DNA of 64,000 nt, from assembly GCA_000004695.1 (NCBI GenBank), contig CM000152.2, positions 3,584,001 to 3,648,000 on the forward strand, written 5' to 3'. Numbering within the stretch: position 1 is the first letter of the stretch; each line of letters opens with the position of its first letter. Position numbers and translations under genes: made by a program. The notes below the pieces were generated by a model. That model saw nothing but the letters and a program-made list of their open reading frames with translations, searched no databases and was not told where the DNA came from. Below, in pieces: positions 61,980-64,000 of this stretch. The DNA is from Dictyostelium discoideum. Taxonomy: Eukaryota.

Positions 61980-63600
61980 ATCATATGGACAAAGGCCAAC
62001 AACAAAAAGATTAACCACCTTCAAGATGTTGAAAAAGTGAATGAAGAAGAAAATAAAGTTTATAGTATCAGCATCACCAAAATTATATACATCAAAACCC
62101 ATATCACCTACTAGTAGTGGTAAAACTTCAACATGTTGGTAGAATATTTAGCAAGGCACTAAGATAGAGCCAGATCTGGATTATTTCAATTGTTTTATTC
62201 AAGTAGTTATCTTTTTTTTTTTTTTTTTGTGAAAATTTTAAATCAAAGATCAGGTGATATGGAATTCGATCAATTATCATGGTATCAGCATCAAATCCTA
62301 TAGAAACACTATCAATTCGCGTCCACCATCATCTATCGTTTAATGACCTATCCTGCAACTGATCCGGATTGGCAAATATTTTAACTGGTTTAGAATTATT
62401 CTACGTAAATCTTTAGAATGGTAATCACCAAAAGATCCAGAGCAACCATTAGGCGATAAAGACAAAACAATTGGTAGTAAATCAAATGTTTCAAAACTGA
62501 TGAAGAGATGAAAGATGAATCTAAGGTAATGCTGATGACAATAGTGGTATGACTTGGCCAACTCCATCTAAAAATAATACAGACATGTGCTCTTAACATC
62601 TTAAATTTCAACCACTACCACCACCACAATCAAGGGTATAACTCTGACTCTCAGTGGATATTCCACAAAATAAAGCTCAAGATGGTCGAGTAGAACAAGA
62701 AGAGGATCAAATGGATATCGATAATGAAGAAGAAGATGATATGGCTGTTGATCATAAACAAGAAATTAAACATCAAGATGATTCTAAACAACTCAATGAA
62801 AATAAAAAGATATCAATTTAAAACAAGATCAACATAAACAACATAAGGAAAAAGAAAAAGAAAAATTGGAAAAGATCAATAAGATGGTGAAGATGATAAA
62901 TTGGATGGTTTAAATCAAAAAGAACAATTCACAGAGGAACAATTAAAAAATTTCACAAATACTGAAAAGAAGATCTGGACAATTGGGACTTATTCTTGAA
63001 CCAACTTTGGCAACTAAATTACAAGGAGATTATAAACCAAAACCAACCAAGAGACAATATCAAGTTTTATTGACAATCATCGATAATACTTAATCAATGG
63101 CTTCCTATCACTGTGGTTTTGCATTAGAAGCTATGATACTATGATTTCAATGTAGTTGGTCAGTTAGGTATTGTTAGATTTGGAAAGATGATATTCAATT
63201 GGCGTTCATTCGATCAAGTTTTCTGATCAAACGCAGTGTCCTGCCTGAAATCACACAATTTAAACTCCAACAAACTAAAACCAATATGGTTAACTTCCTC
63301 TCCAAAACCCTTCAAGTCATGGATATGAATAAACGATCAAGTTTAGGTGAACTATGCATTGGTTTTCATTGTTTTTGATGGCTGAAGTTTTAGTGATCCA
63401 GAAACTACAAAGAAATATCAAAGATCAGGTTTAAATTTATTACGATCAATCATTCATAATAGATTCAAATCTAAAGGACATGAAAGAGATTAGAGGTTAC
63501 CAATAGTTAGCTTTTTAATTAGAAAAAATTGGGTATTGTATGATCAATTATTGTCAATACTAATCTCATCAATCAACACCTCAACTCATTAAATTCAGAT
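61980..63600 (+). pseudogene. Degenerate pseudogene remnant with coding-like composition and stops in every frame
   Basis: Less AT-rich than intergenic DNA. The region 62300..63100 is homologous to the reverse complement of 43900..44700. Confidence 0.35.
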
Positions 63601-63633
63601 GGTCCAAAGAAGATAGATCTAAAAAAGATAAAG

Positions 63634-63825
63634 CAGCAGGGACTACAACAGCAACAACACCAACACCAACACCAACACCAACAGCGACAACAACACCAAC
63701 ACCAACAGCGACAACAACACCAACACCAACACCAACACCAACACCAACACCAACACCAACACCAACACCAACACCAACACCAACACCAACACCAACACCA
63801 ACACCAACACCAACAGCTGATAAAC
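63634..63825. repeat. (CAACAC)n hexanucleotide microsatellite of about 30 units
   Basis: Direct repeat. The track ORFs 63581..63829 and 63643..63834 are artefacts of it. Confidence 0.9.
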
Positions 63826-64000
63826 CCATTTCATTCTAAAGTTATATGCTAATGGTTATAAAACTATATCCACAATAACAATTATCATCTGAAATACTAG
63901 GAAAATCAAGAATGAACAAAAATTACAACAACCACCATTACAAGAACTAAAAGAATAAACCACAATATTAGTAATAGTTATAGTATTAGTTATAGTATTA

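Noticed and set aside
63581-63834. Two ORFs of 82 and 63 aa (poly-GV and poly-VL)
   Set aside because: Antisense translations of the (CAACAC)n hexanucleotide repeat.

Overview
The window is extremely AT-rich (about 20% GC overall), with long poly(dA)/poly(dT) tracts, trinucleotide microsatellites coding poly-Asn, poly-Gln, poly-Glu and poly-Thr, and AT-rich introns with GTAAGT donors. This is typical of a dictyostelid social amoeba nuclear genome, most like Dictyostelium discoideum. Five kinds of content stand out.

1. Tgr-type allorecognition locus. Repeated units each carry an ARF-family small GTPase gene (+) convergent with a tgrC-like gene (-). That gene is a type I membrane glycoprotein with IPT/TIG repeats and a short cytoplasmic tail. 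It sits head-to-head with a tgrB-like gene (+), which has IPT/TIG repeats, a TM helix and a 75-aa cytoplasmic tail.
- One complete divergent pair lies at 46.7-52.8 kb and shares a ~520-bp bidirectional intergenic region.
- A second intact tgrC-like gene lies at 3.1-5.8 kb.
- Decayed copies lie at 24.5-28.1 kb and 56.9-61.2 kb. Related remnants lie at 42.7-46.5 kb.
- Four partial or pseudogenised ARF copies accompany them.
- A chimeric ARF/tgr deletion junction and a (GAA)n-bridged internal deletion are visible.

2. Compact, composition-atypical island at about 31.77-38.5 kb. It is about 35-42% GC and has no homopolymer tracts. It packs 14 short ORFs on both strands with spacers of tens of bp and uses codons that are rare for the host.
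- One ORF is a clear HicA/YcfA-type toxin domain, normally found in bacteria and phages.
- Three ORFs are tandem paralogues of an unrecognised 140-aa family.
- I regard this island as the best candidate for an undescribed, probably horizontally acquired system.

3. Several interspersed repeat families.
- A 928-bp non-autonomous element with 76-bp terminal inverted repeats and a TTAA target-site duplication. An empty paralogous site is present in the window.
- A related TIR element carrying tandem hairpin repeats.
- At least three further repeat fragments (X, Y, Z).

4. Ordinary host genes.
- Two single-finger GATA factors.
- A CMGC-like kinase or pseudokinase.
- A poly-Glu protein.
- A poly-Asn gene with a J-domain-like exon.
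- A duplicated 160-aa hypothetical gene whose second copy carries a local inversion.

5. Pseudogene debris. This includes an actin fragment.

No rRNA, tRNA or CRISPR features could be supported.
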